Positions 39,511 to 54,645 of a stretch of DNA of 64,000 nt are shown in pieces; position 1 is the first letter of the stretch; each line of letters begins with the position of its first letter. The notes below the pieces were generated by a model that saw only the letters and a list, made by a program, of their open reading frames with translations, was not told the DNA's origin and searched no databases. Both the position numbers and the translations under genes were made by a program. Source of the DNA: Trichinella spiralis (Eukaryota); NCBI RefSeq assembly GCF_000181795.1, contig NW_003526945.1, forward strand, positions 2,405,930-2,469,929. Direction: 5' to 3'.

Positions 39511-40831
39511 ATGAATTCCACTACAGTGGATGAGGATGATCTGTCAGAGCAGCAGTCGACCAACATACGCCAAGGTTGTTGGTGGTTATAGTGCATATTT
39601 TATAATATATTGAAGGCAGTTTTTGCCTTTTCAGTTCGCCGGCAGTGGCAAGAAGTCGAAGATTTCAGCCTTGCTCAACGTCTGCAAGATGAAGAATGTA
39701 AACGAGCGTTTTTTTTGCTTGATTGACCAACCAGACAGAAATGAAAATGCAGATTTGTAATGTTGTTGTTTTTTTCACTGTGCAGTCAACAGACATTACA
39801 ACTTGAATCGTGGAGAAAGGCAGATTATTGGTACGGATTTGCGTTTGTCGAAAAAAGAGCAAGAAATTGAAGAGCACGAATATTGGAAACGACGCCACGA
39901 ACAGGAGAGCAACGACGAACAATATGCTAGACAACTGCACCAGCAGTTGATGTTGGAACAAAGCCGTGATCAGCTTTTACTCGAAGCTCGTGACGAGGTG
40001 TGGGTGTGGTGGGATGATTGTTTTCGACGAGTTGTATTTGTTGGTTGGTTGATTGATTCTAGGAAATTGCCAAACGTTTAATGGAAAGTGAAGAACGAAA
40101 CAACAGTTTACCAATGGCAATGAAGAGTGAAGTAAGCTGCTTTTTTTTCTCTGTTGATTTCATGCTCGGTGAGGTTTGTTTGTCTGTTTGTAGCAAGAGA
40201 AAAGTGATTATTTGATGGCTTTACGTTTGGACGCAGTGGAGAGAAGCGCCCATACGGTTGAAACTCCCCAGTCGAAAAGCAGTTGTGATGGCGCCACCAA
40301 TTCTTCAGCGGAAGAGGTAAGGAGATTCGTTCGCGTTTAATTTTCTCTAATCTTGAAATTTGCTCATCAAATATGGATTTTTACAGTTATTTCGAAAAAG
40401 CAAACTTTGCCTGAATATAAGCTGTTGTAATTAATTAATTAATTATAAAGCGCATAAAATGAAGAAAAAACTGAGTGCTGTTGAATGATTTGCCCATAGA
40501 CAAATAGTTGAAATGTTTTTTTTATTGTTGATTGCTTAGGTGGAAATTAATTTTTTTGGATAAATTTTTTTCATCAGGTGGTATATGTTGGTTATTTGAA
40601 AAGTGTTTTCAATTTCAAATTGATCTGTACTTTGGTTATTGCGTACAACAATTTCTTTTTTTTTGAAATAACGTTAGTTGTTTTTGTTTGAATATTTAGG
40701 TTATTGATTTTCAGGTTGCCAGTTTGGCGCCAATCTGCGGTGTGGAAAAGGAAGAAGAGACAGTTCAGCAGTTTAAAGATGCGAAGGTACAAAAAAAGAT
40801 GAACATTTTCAAACAAAAGTTATTCAAATGA
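39511..40831 (+). CDS. CCDC50: CCDC50 (Ymer)-like protein with CCDC50 N-terminal domain and MIU-like ubiquitin-binding motifs
   Basis: Spliced frame gives VRRQWQEVEDFSLAQRLQDEEFNRHYNLNRGERQIIGTDLRLSKKEQ, resembling the CCDC50 N-terminus, plus DEQYARQLHQQ, DEEIAKRLMES and DYLMALRLDA motifs. Exons approximately 39461/39511-39573, 39634-39697, 39786-39997, 40063-40131, 40194-40316, then either 40387-40434 or 40714-40831. Start and last exon are uncertain. Confidence 0.72.
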
Positions 40832-41007
40832 AAAAAACAAAAGAAGCAGATGATTTTAATATTTTTTATTTTACAATGGAACAAAATGATCGATTGATCA
40901 TTTTAGTTACTTAAGGTTTCAAATGAAAACAAAAAAAGCAGACGATTTTAATATTTTTTGTTTTATAATTGAACAAAGTGATTTATCGGTCGATCGATTA
41001 ATCATTC
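40823..41007 (+). repeat. Imperfect ~95-bp tandem duplication at the CCDC50 stop codon / 3' UTR
   Basis: TTCAAATGAAAA..AAGCAGA(T/C)GATTTTAATATTTTTT(A/G)TTTTA..GAACAAA..GATCGATT(G/A)ATCATT starts at both 40823 and 40918. Confidence 0.85.
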
Positions 41008-43193
41008 ATTGTGTTAGTCACATAATGTTAGCTTGATTAGTAAGTAATAATGTTTATTGATGTACATATATATAATCATCAATTGATAAAGGTAGATTTA
41101 TATTTTTTTCTTTCACTTATTTATATGTTCCTGTGATGTTCGTTGGTTATATATAAATATAAATATATATATATTTGTACTCGTGTGATTATTGTCACCA
41201 ATAAAAAAGTGTATTGATAAAAGTTTTATCTTTAATGAGCGACCGTAAAAGAATAATAAAAGTAATATCACAACCAGCCAGGCTGATGATGTTTGTATGA
41301 AATAAAAAAAAGAACACGAGAAAGAGGAGATGCTGCAAAAAAGTATTTAAAAGAAAACAAACAGTTTTAAGCCACAGACGGCATTTGAAATGTGTGAAAG
41401 TGAGTCAATAATTTGATGATCATCATCATTTAAAAAGTAAACGGATTTGATTGGAAAGAAAAAAAACTGGACATCGGTTACAGAGACGACGATGGGCGCG
41501 CGCATATCTGTATATTCAGTGCATATACTGAATATTACTTCCTGTCAATGGTAATGAAAAGGCTTTTTATCCATCTAATTATCTATTTATCATTTGTAAA
41601 TTTGCATTTGCAGTGTATTTTGGATGATCCTGTCTTTTTTCCACATTCATCGAAATCATGAACAAGAAGATATAAAATATAGATATATGTATATTTTGAA
41701 CAAAACTATCGATGACAGTTTCGAAATGAGAACACAATAAAAATTGAATAAAAAAACGGAAACGGTTGTCTTCTTTTCCGACAAAACAGTGGCGCCAGTT
41801 TTTACAGTGACGTTCATAAAAATCTTTGGACCATTTTCGTGAGTGAAATCGACTAAGAAGAGAGCAAGAGAGAAAGGACTAATTTTTCTCATGTCAGACA
41901 ATTAGAGTCTTTGAGACTTGAACGAAAATGCAATCAATAAAATACTAATAATAATGGTGGTGTGGCTTTTTCGGTTTCGTTTCACCTCGAAACAGGCAGA
42001 CAAAATATGATTTGCAAAAAATCAAAAAAAGAGAGACACTTTGTCGATCATTGGCCTTGGGCATACAGTAGACACAGTAGGCGTTTTTGAGAAGCTCCAG
42101 GCTTTCTTGTAATTTTTTTTCTTATCTGAGCAGTAAAAAAACCATTTCATTCAGCAGACTCGCGACGACAAATCAGAAAGAGCATTGACAAAAAAAAACA
42201 AAACTCACAACAAGCATATTTTCAAAAAAAATAAATAAGTAAATAAAAGCAAATAAAATATGAACTCATAAAAAACCATACGTGCACTGTTTCTTTTTTT
42301 TTTGATGATTTATGTTCTCTTGTACACGTAAACTGGCAGACAAGTGTGGATAGTGTGAGCTTGTTGTTGCACTGTACCACATAGTACTTGCATTTCTCTA
42401 ATTTGTCAGTATTCTTCGTGTAAGGAGATTTTTACGAAAGAAAATTGAAACTTCAAAACAAACAAGTAAGTTATTTCAGCAAAAGCAGAATTTCACATCA
42501 CATATATAAATGGATGGATGGATGGATGGATACATCGATAATGGGGAAAAGTTTCTCAAGGAACGACATCAGCAAAGCTAAACCAACACAGCAGTTCGCT
42601 TTTGACTAACTTTTCGTCTCCTATTGTTCCCTTCATGAAAACATCCATGCAAAATACACAAACCGATCATCATTCATTCATTGGTTGGTGAATGAGCAAA
42701 ATCGAAAAGTAAAATTCATCATAAATGAAATAAAATTTCTTCTTTCTTTACTCAGGAAAAAGAGAAACATTTCCCCCAACCCAAAGAGCCAAAGGATGAA
42801 AAAATAGAAACAGAAAGAAAACCAAGAAAAGTTCATCCACAGACGACAAACAGAGCAAGAACCGGACAGGGGAAAGGTAATCATAGTATTGAGTAACAGA
42901 AAAAAAGTAAAAAAGAAAAACAGTTTAAAGCAGAACAATTTAAACGGCCTCGGGCCCAATGGAACTATATGTCGGGCCGCAAGGCGGCTTATTTTAAAAT
43001 TTCTTCTGCATCCTCTTTCTTTGAAAATTAAAAATGGACGATAGAAATATATAAAAAACGACTACTTTCTTCTTTTGAAGATAAAATATATATTATATAT
43101 GTATTTCCATTTAAAGATTAAAAAATCTTTTGGCTTTTTCTTCTTTTTAAGTAGAAATGAAATCAACCGAACAGAAGAGTTCAGAAGAAAATG

Positions 43194-43198
<5 letters not shown>

Positions 43199-43240
<42 letters not shown>

Positions 43241-43252
43241 GTATATGTATAT
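43199..43252. repeat. (TA)n microsatellite with (TATATG)n tail
   Basis: Read directly; lies downstream of the lin-29 stop codon. Confidence 0.95.
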
Positions 43253-43772
43253 AAAGCGGTCACTCCGCTAGGCCAAGGCTGCATTTCTAAAAGATCCGTA
43301 CTAACAACGTGCTCTTTGAGAACAACGTGAGCAGAAAGAGAGAGAAAGAGAAATGGAATTTAGCGTGACGCGCGTTGAAACGGGAAAATATGAAATACCC
43401 TAATGCTTGTGAAACAAATTTTTCATCGGTTATTATCTATAGTTTCGAAATTTTATATAAAGAAGGAAAAGGAGAAAAAACTTAATAATTAAATTGACGA
43501 TATTTTTCAATAAGCGCCCACCGTCATTTAACTTCACCGGTATTTGGCCTTTTTGAAAAGCAACACCGTTGATTAATAGCAGAAAATAATTGTCTGCGTA
43601 TCAAATTATTTGTGTAAAATGAAAAAAATATCGATAAACAAATGATAAAATAAAATAAAAAAAAATAAATGAAATAAAATGAAAATAAATAATAAATAAC
43701 TACAAAGAAAAGCGCTAAGATGATAAATGATGCGCTGTGGATATGGTAGAAGCAGATATACGGATGAATCCG

Positions 43773-47598
<3,826 letters not shown>

Positions 47599-48394
47599 CT
47601 GAAATAGTAAACGACAATTTGAAAAAAAAGAGACATCTTTAAAAATTTTTCATCAATAAACGGATGCCGTATAGGTAATGTGAAAATTGAACATGCGTTG
47701 TAATTTCTCTGTCTGTGTGTGTATGTATGTCTGTGTGAAAAAGATGCTCCCCTGTCACTGGTATAATTAATTAACACATATAGATATTAACATATTAATA
47801 TTGCTGGTAATGTTGTGATCACACGAACAAAGTTCATGGAAAGCAAAGGTGGGGAGGGGGGGGAGGCGGCGGCGCAAAGTGCTGCTGCTGCTTGGTGGGC
47901 AAAGGCAACCAAAGCCGCTGTTAAGCAATGGAAAGCCGCGCCCGATGGACAGTCGGCCGCGCAAAGAGAAAAGCCCCCACCGGACAGTCAAGGACAGCTT
48001 GACCGCAGGCGCCAGCGCTCCGTGCGCAACCCCATCCCATTGAGTTACTGTAATTTTTGTGCAAATTAGGTTCCCCTTTCCGGCGATTGGATCGGTCGAC
48101 TCTGTTTGAAACTGGAACGAAGCGACATGCAGCCGCGGTTCGACGACGCAAAAAAACGTAAAAAACACAAAAAACCCAAAAAACATCTGCGCGACCCCAA
48201 AACAACCATCGCTGGGAAAGTGTGTGTGTGTGTGTGTGTGTGTGATAAATGAATGGATGGGATGCAGAGGATCGCCTTCTTACAAATGGAAAAGAGTGGA
48301 AAAAAATATGATACTAAGAAGAACGAAGATTTCAAATTTTAATAATACCAAAGTTGTTGTCGGAATGTTTAGCCAGCTATGCAGACAAGCATTT

Positions 48395-48464
48395 AGACAG
48401 ACAGACAGACAGACACCCAGCCAGTCAACTAGCCAGCCAGCCAGCCGGTTGGTTGGTTGGTTGG
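48395..48464. repeat. Compound (GACA)n / (CCAG)n / (TTGG)n tetranucleotide repeat
   Basis: agacagacagacagacagacacccagccagtcaactagccagccagccagccggttggttggttggttgg. Confidence 0.85.
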
Positions 48465-49475
48465 ATGGCCCTGTTCTCGTCGACTTCTCGTGACCCTCAT
48501 ACAGCAGCGCGGCTTGAAAAAAATGAAAAAGAAAAAACAGGCGAAAAGGCCACAACAGCCAGTGGTGCAGCAGATGTTTTTTTCAATTTCAGAACAAGAA
48601 ATAGCTTTTGTTGGTTTTTTTAAATAAGCTATTTTTTAGAAAAAATTATTTGCAAATTTCCCTGCCGTCGGCAATGTCTCTCTGGTCGGTGAACGAACGA
48701 TACAGCCGGTGGGAAAAAGAAACAGAAAGACACAAAGTTACAAAAGCGAGAGACTAGACACCGGCTTCACAACAGCCAAGTCGCTGTCCCGTTGAAAATT
48801 TCCTCATTCCCCGCTACAAACAAGCAAAGACACACCACCACCACCACCAAAGACAACAACAACAACAACACGTAAACAAGCATCATCCGAAGAACCTACC
48901 TACAGTACACCACCAATGGCACCGACAAGAAACTGGGGAGTGGAGGGGGGGGGAGAAAAAAGCAGACAGACACAGACTGGCTGAACAACAACAACAAAAA
49001 ATACGGGAAAAAAATTCAAGTGAAAGTGGCCAGGGCCAGAAGTTTTGCAAATAGAAAGTGAGAGAAAAAAATGCAAATTATTTGAAGAAAAAAAAACAAT
49101 TTCCACCAAGGTGACAAGAGCACATCAGTCAGTGGTGGAAAAATTTGCATACGCCTGGCGATGAATTGGAGAAAGAGACCAGTCTACGGGTTTATGTTGT
49201 TGTTTCTTTTTTATTTCACTTCTCCGAATTGCATCATTTCAATAACAATAACAACAACAACATTGTAATTCTTTCTCGCTATTTTCAATGCAATGCAAAT
49301 TCGTGCGCGTGGGTAGCTGAGCTTCATCAAAGTGCGGCTGTGTTATACAGTAGTGCAAACGAGTGGAAGCAGTTAATTAATTAATTGTATTGATTAATTC
49401 ATTAATTAATTTATTTATTTATAGCTTTGTTTTTTTGTTTCTGTTTTTTAAATAATATCAGACTGACTGACTCAC

Positions 49476-49588
49476 CGTAGTTGACGGGGAGGCGACATTC
49501 GTCGCCGCGTCTCGGCGACGGTGCTGTTTAACAGTTGAAGCCAGTGCAGACGGTAGTAGCAACAGTAGTAGTAGACCAATAAAATCCA
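49476..49588 (-). other. Putative upstream (leader) exon of lin-29
   Basis: GC-rich 113-nt block bounded on the minus strand by ATTCAG| and a consensus donor CG|GTGAGT; joins in phase 0 to the ATG-initiated exon at 47598. No transcript evidence. Confidence 0.5.
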
Positions 49589-50862
49589 CTGAATGTTGTT
49601 GTTATTCTTGTTGAAAATAAATATTAAAAAAATATTTTTTTAAATTTAAATTTGTTGTTGATATTAATTAATTAATTAATTAATTCGAGTGATTCGAGAA
49701 TACACAAAAATCTTTTCCGCACTGTCGCGACAAGATGAACGAACAACAACAACAACAACATTACATAATTTGAATAAATTATTTTCAAAACAAATTTACA
49801 TTTGAACAACTGCTACTGTCACGGTCACGGTAGCAAACAGTACATCCATCCAACATATAAAGAATTAAATTTGATTATTATTTAAAAAAAATTTTTTTTA
49901 ACGAAATTGTGCAAAAACCGAGCGTTTGTTGAAACAAAAAAAATCTAAGTAAACAACAACATAATATGGGAAAAAGAACTGAAAGCGGGGGTGTGGCTTG
50001 CAGTGAGCCAACCAGACAGGCAGCTAGTTGGCAGTTGTGAACCTGCTTAGCAGCCGGGAAATCCGGCGCGACGCGGCAAAGTGGAAAAGCGACGAACGCG
50101 AGAGCAGCAAATGATGATGATGATGATGATGATGAGAAAGAAAAATCTGCCCGGTGACGTTGTCGACATCGTTGTGTCGATCGATCTGCATGTCTGACAA
50201 CGAGGCGAACTTTGTCCACAAAGTCTAGACTAGCGGTTGGGATGTATTTTTGAAACAACAACAACAAAACAGAACTTTTTGAAATTTTCATAGAATCAAT
50301 GTTTCTTTTCTTTGTAGCAGTCATTTATTTATTTCATCGTTTGTTTGTTTGTTTGTTTGTTTATTTTTGAATTTCACATCTTAGAATTGTCAAACTTCGT
50401 CCCAACTTCCCCCCATTTGCTTCGTACAACACAGACCGAGAAGGCGCGCGCGAAAATGGAGAAATTGATCCGCAGACGCGCCGGGCGCCGACTGTCTGGC
50501 GCGCGCGCGCCGGACTACAAACATCAAGTCAGCCAAGCATCCAGTGCTTGATGGATGACCTTGAAAAAGTTTTTCATGCAACGTATTTTTCCTCCACCAC
50601 CTCGTTCCTGCTCTTACTGCTGCTGCTGCTGGTGATGCTTCGTTTGGGCTTATCATTTGAATTTTCATCGTCGACCAAGCCATCCACATCCTCCATCCCT
50701 TCCCAATTGAAAAGCATGCTTATCATCAATTAGAACAGCTTATCGAAACCAATTTTCCCCCCTCTCCAACTGTCCAACTGTGAAAACGTGTTGAAATGTT
50801 TTTAAATTTATGTTCACTTGTTTATATACAGTATCCTCTGTTTAACTTTTTACTTTTCCCTT

Positions 50863-50899
<37 letters not shown>

Positions 50900-53800
50900 G
50901 ACTACTTTATCAAATTTAAAAAGCCTGGCCAAACTATATCTTCAAACTATCACCATCATCACAGCCGCCCGTCTGTCTGCTTGTGCTGTGCAAAAAGTCA
51001 ACAAACTGCTATCTTGAATTCTAAATCAACAACAATCTCAAAACCTTTGTCCCATTCACGCTTGCTCAACAATCACCATACTGTCATTACAGAAATTTTT
51101 GCAATTAAAATTTCCATTTCCATCCCAAACTCCATTCCCCAGCCCAGAGTTGAGCTCTTTTTTTCTAATAAAATAGTTTGAATAATGAATAATAAAATGA
51201 ATTTTCCACGATCAATCTCAATCGCTTCTTGGCGACTAATTATTATTTATCATTATTATTATTATTATTATTTCAAGTTCTTTTCCAAACTCTACATCAC
51301 AGCCACACCCTGACAATTCAATTCACTAATAATAAACACATCCCCACCAGCATGTAGTGTGGAAATTTTTTCGCTCGTCAAATTATCTATCACACGTTTT
51401 GCGCGGAAAAAGCCGCCGGCTAACGTTGCCTGAAAACCAGCTACAAGGAAATGTTTGGCAGAAACAAATTTAAAAAATAAAAAAAACCCCAACAATCACA
51501 ACAAAACTAGTATGCAGTAGGGGTGCAGAAATTTTTGTCAAACAGTCGATAGCGAAGCGACGATACAGTCAGCTTAGAAGTAATTATAATTTATATAACC
51601 TGCCCTGCCCAGTCCAATTTGTAACAAATTATCCATTTAATTAATTATTTTTTATATTTTATTTATTAAATTGAAAAAACATTTTTCTCTTTCTTTTCTA
51701 TTTGATAAATATAATTCTGTGGTGGATTTGTTCCTTTTATCCGCATTACTGTCGAATACTGTTGTCCAACTGTGTTCTATATCTGTATGTAGGTTTGATT
51801 TTTACATAATCAATTACCGAACTACTGCGATAATGAGAATAAATCGACTATCCCAACCAGCAACAGAAGCAGGAAGTTTGCTGAAAATTCAGCCAACAAC
51901 TAACCGCAGCAAAGAAATGAGGAAATTGCAAAGAACAAACTGATTTCGAAATTTGTTGTTTACTTTTTTTTCTCTACACACATCTAAACTGTGCGTCTGC
52001 TATTCGGCCACCAATGAGAAGCAAATTGAAAAACTGAAAGGTAAAAGAATTTTTTTTTCTCATTTTTATCAGATATAATTTTCGTAATTATATTTCAATT
52101 TTTTAAAAACGTTTCAACTTTAAATTGATTATTCATTTTAAAAATAAGAATAAAAACAAAACCACCACCACCGGACGGGGACAGACGGTAGAGGAGAATT
52201 GTCAAACATCGAAATTCTTGTACTTTTTCTTCTTCGAACTTTTCACAAGGAAAATATGCAAAGAAAGAGTTGTTCTGTTTTTTTGTTGTGAGAAAGTTGT
52301 TAGCATTTTTCGAATATGAGCTTTTTGTTTAAAAAAGAAAAAAGAATTTCCCTCCCCAAGCTTCTCTGTCTCTGCGTTTGCCGTCTCTTTTTAAAATGAA
52401 CGAACACATTTGCATGAGTGAGCAGCAATCGAAGAGGGGAAAAAACTACGACGGACAGACTACTGCTACTGCTACTATTATTATTATTACTACTAAACAC
52501 TTTTCTAATACTGACAACTCGAGGAACTTAACCGTGAAAAAGCAAAGAGCCAAACAAACGCGTTGCTGTTTGGCCAGTGGAAAATAACTGATTGATTAGC
52601 CGGTCGTGCTTTTTTTTCATATATAAATTGCTTTACACTGCATCTCGATTGATCGATCGACAATTTTCCCTCAAAGCATCCATCTCCACACAACACAACA
52701 CATGCACACGTACAAGTATCTATAACATCTATATATATACACACACACATATATATATATATAAGCAAGCACGCGCACACACACCCTGAATACATTTTCA
52801 CAAAAAGAAAAAAAACCGAAATACAATCAAAAAAGAGGAATTCATCTTCACTTAAAAACTTTTTTTCCATTTTCCTCATACTTTACTAAAAATTGACAAA
52901 ATCATTTTTCAACAATTTTTTTTTCATTCTGTTCCAACTTCACTGATTTATCTTCTGTCATTGTGATACATCTGCTTTGGGAGTTCACTTTGAAATCAAA
53001 AGAAAAAAAACAAAAGAGGAAAAAAATATATTATTCTATCAAATTTTTTCGCGTGTCCAACAATTGAAAAATCAATAATGTCCAAACTACCGTATTTGGA
53101 GATTTGCAGGTAACAATTTGAAATGAGAAAATTGCACAGTTGCCGAGCCGTAGAGAATCAATTTTGGAGAAGTTGAGTAGTGAGGTAATAAAATTAAAAA
53201 AAATAAATTCAAAATTCAGTTTCTACTTGTGAAGTTTCTGTTGAAAAAAACGTATCGATCAAGCGCCGTCGCGGTCCTTGATGTGGAGGGACTTTTTGGA
53301 ACACGTGTTGCCATCGCTTTACTTTTTAAATGCTGTCTGAAAATTGAACTCTCAACGCGCGCGCTTAGAGCACCACTGAAAAGCTCTGAATTTCAGCCAC
53401 TTCAAAATTATATATATATTCAACACTAATTGTTGTTCAATTTTCAATTTTACCGTATTGTCCCTTGAAAGCGCAATCTATTTCATTTTAAACCAATCCA
53501 AAACAATCCTGCCAGTAAAAGAAGATGAATACTGAACAGTTGTATTCATTTTTTAAATTATCAACAACAGCAAAAATACAATTTTTCAGCTTAAACATAC
53601 AAACTATGCTACAAGTGGTGCAATAAAAAATGATTTAAGTTGTTGCCTGTTGTTGATTATACTACGCTGTTTTTTTTCTTTTTTTTTGATTTCTCAAACT
53701 TAAAACGAGAGTAGTATTTAAGTAATAGAATAATTTCATTTAAAGCGAGCTAACAAAAAAAGAAAAAACAAGCACAGTCAATGTGTGGTGTGTACATTTG

Positions 53801-54079
53801 ATCTGGAAGTGATAGCAAAAAGGAAAAAAGCAAGTATTTAACGATTGATGATGCAAAGTGAAATCATTTTTTTGGTAATAAATAAAATGCAACAAAAAGC
53901 GCATTTATAATATATATATAGATAGATAGATAAATTTTTAACGAGTTGCAGCAAGTACAAAAAGCAAAAAGCGTTTCACTGTAAAACGTACGACCTGATC
54001 TGTGTTGAAAAAATCGGTCAACAGCGTTTCAAGAAGGAGATATGCTTTCTTTTTGTGAACAAATGGACAATGCAATAAT

Positions 54080-54083
<4 letters not shown>

Positions 54084-54125
<42 letters not shown>
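54084..54125. repeat. (TA)n microsatellite
   Basis: About 21 TA units. Confidence 0.95.
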
Positions 54126-54127
<2 letters not shown>

Positions 54128-54615
54128 GGAGACGGGTGGATAGGGAGGTAAATGCAAAGCTAAAAGGAACCCATTCCGCCCGCCGTTCCGCTTGTTCAGC
54201 ATGCGCTGAAGAGGAGTGTGAGAAAAAGTTTTTAAAAAGAAGCTTGTTTTCAAATTAATAACAATATAATTTAACCAATCAGCGGACGGGAACGTTGGTT
54301 GTGAATCCCGTGGGAATGGAGGCGGCCCGTTGTTGAAAAAAATAATAAACAGAAAAAAAACCAAAACAAAAGCAACACCAATCGTAGATTATTGGTCTGA
54401 GGCTGTTCGTTTGGAAACGTGACAGGGGCTAATTATTTTAAATTGTTATTCGACGATAATAATGATGAAAAAGCCAACGTCGTGCATGCTCTTTTTTCAC
54501 TGACCATTTCCGAAGTTTCTGAGCACATTAATTTTCTTTGAAAAATGCAATTTTTAAAAACAAGTTGGCCAAAAAATTAACCAACTTCCTGACCAAAATC
54601 ATCTGAACCAACCCA

Positions 54616-54645
54616 GCCTAGCCTAGCCTAGCCTAGCCTAACCTA
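54616..54645. repeat. (GCCTA)n pentanucleotide repeat
   Basis: Five perfect GCCTA units followed by ACCTA. Confidence 0.9.

Noticed and set aside
41000..43772. let-7 seed sites in the lin-29 3' region
   Set aside because: I saw no CTACCTC on the minus strand; the nearest match (AAGGTAG at ~41089 on +) is imperfect.
54616..54645. (GCCTA)n as an interstitial nematode telomere repeat
   Set aside because: The unit is TAGGC, not TTAGGC, with only five copies; an ordinary microsatellite.
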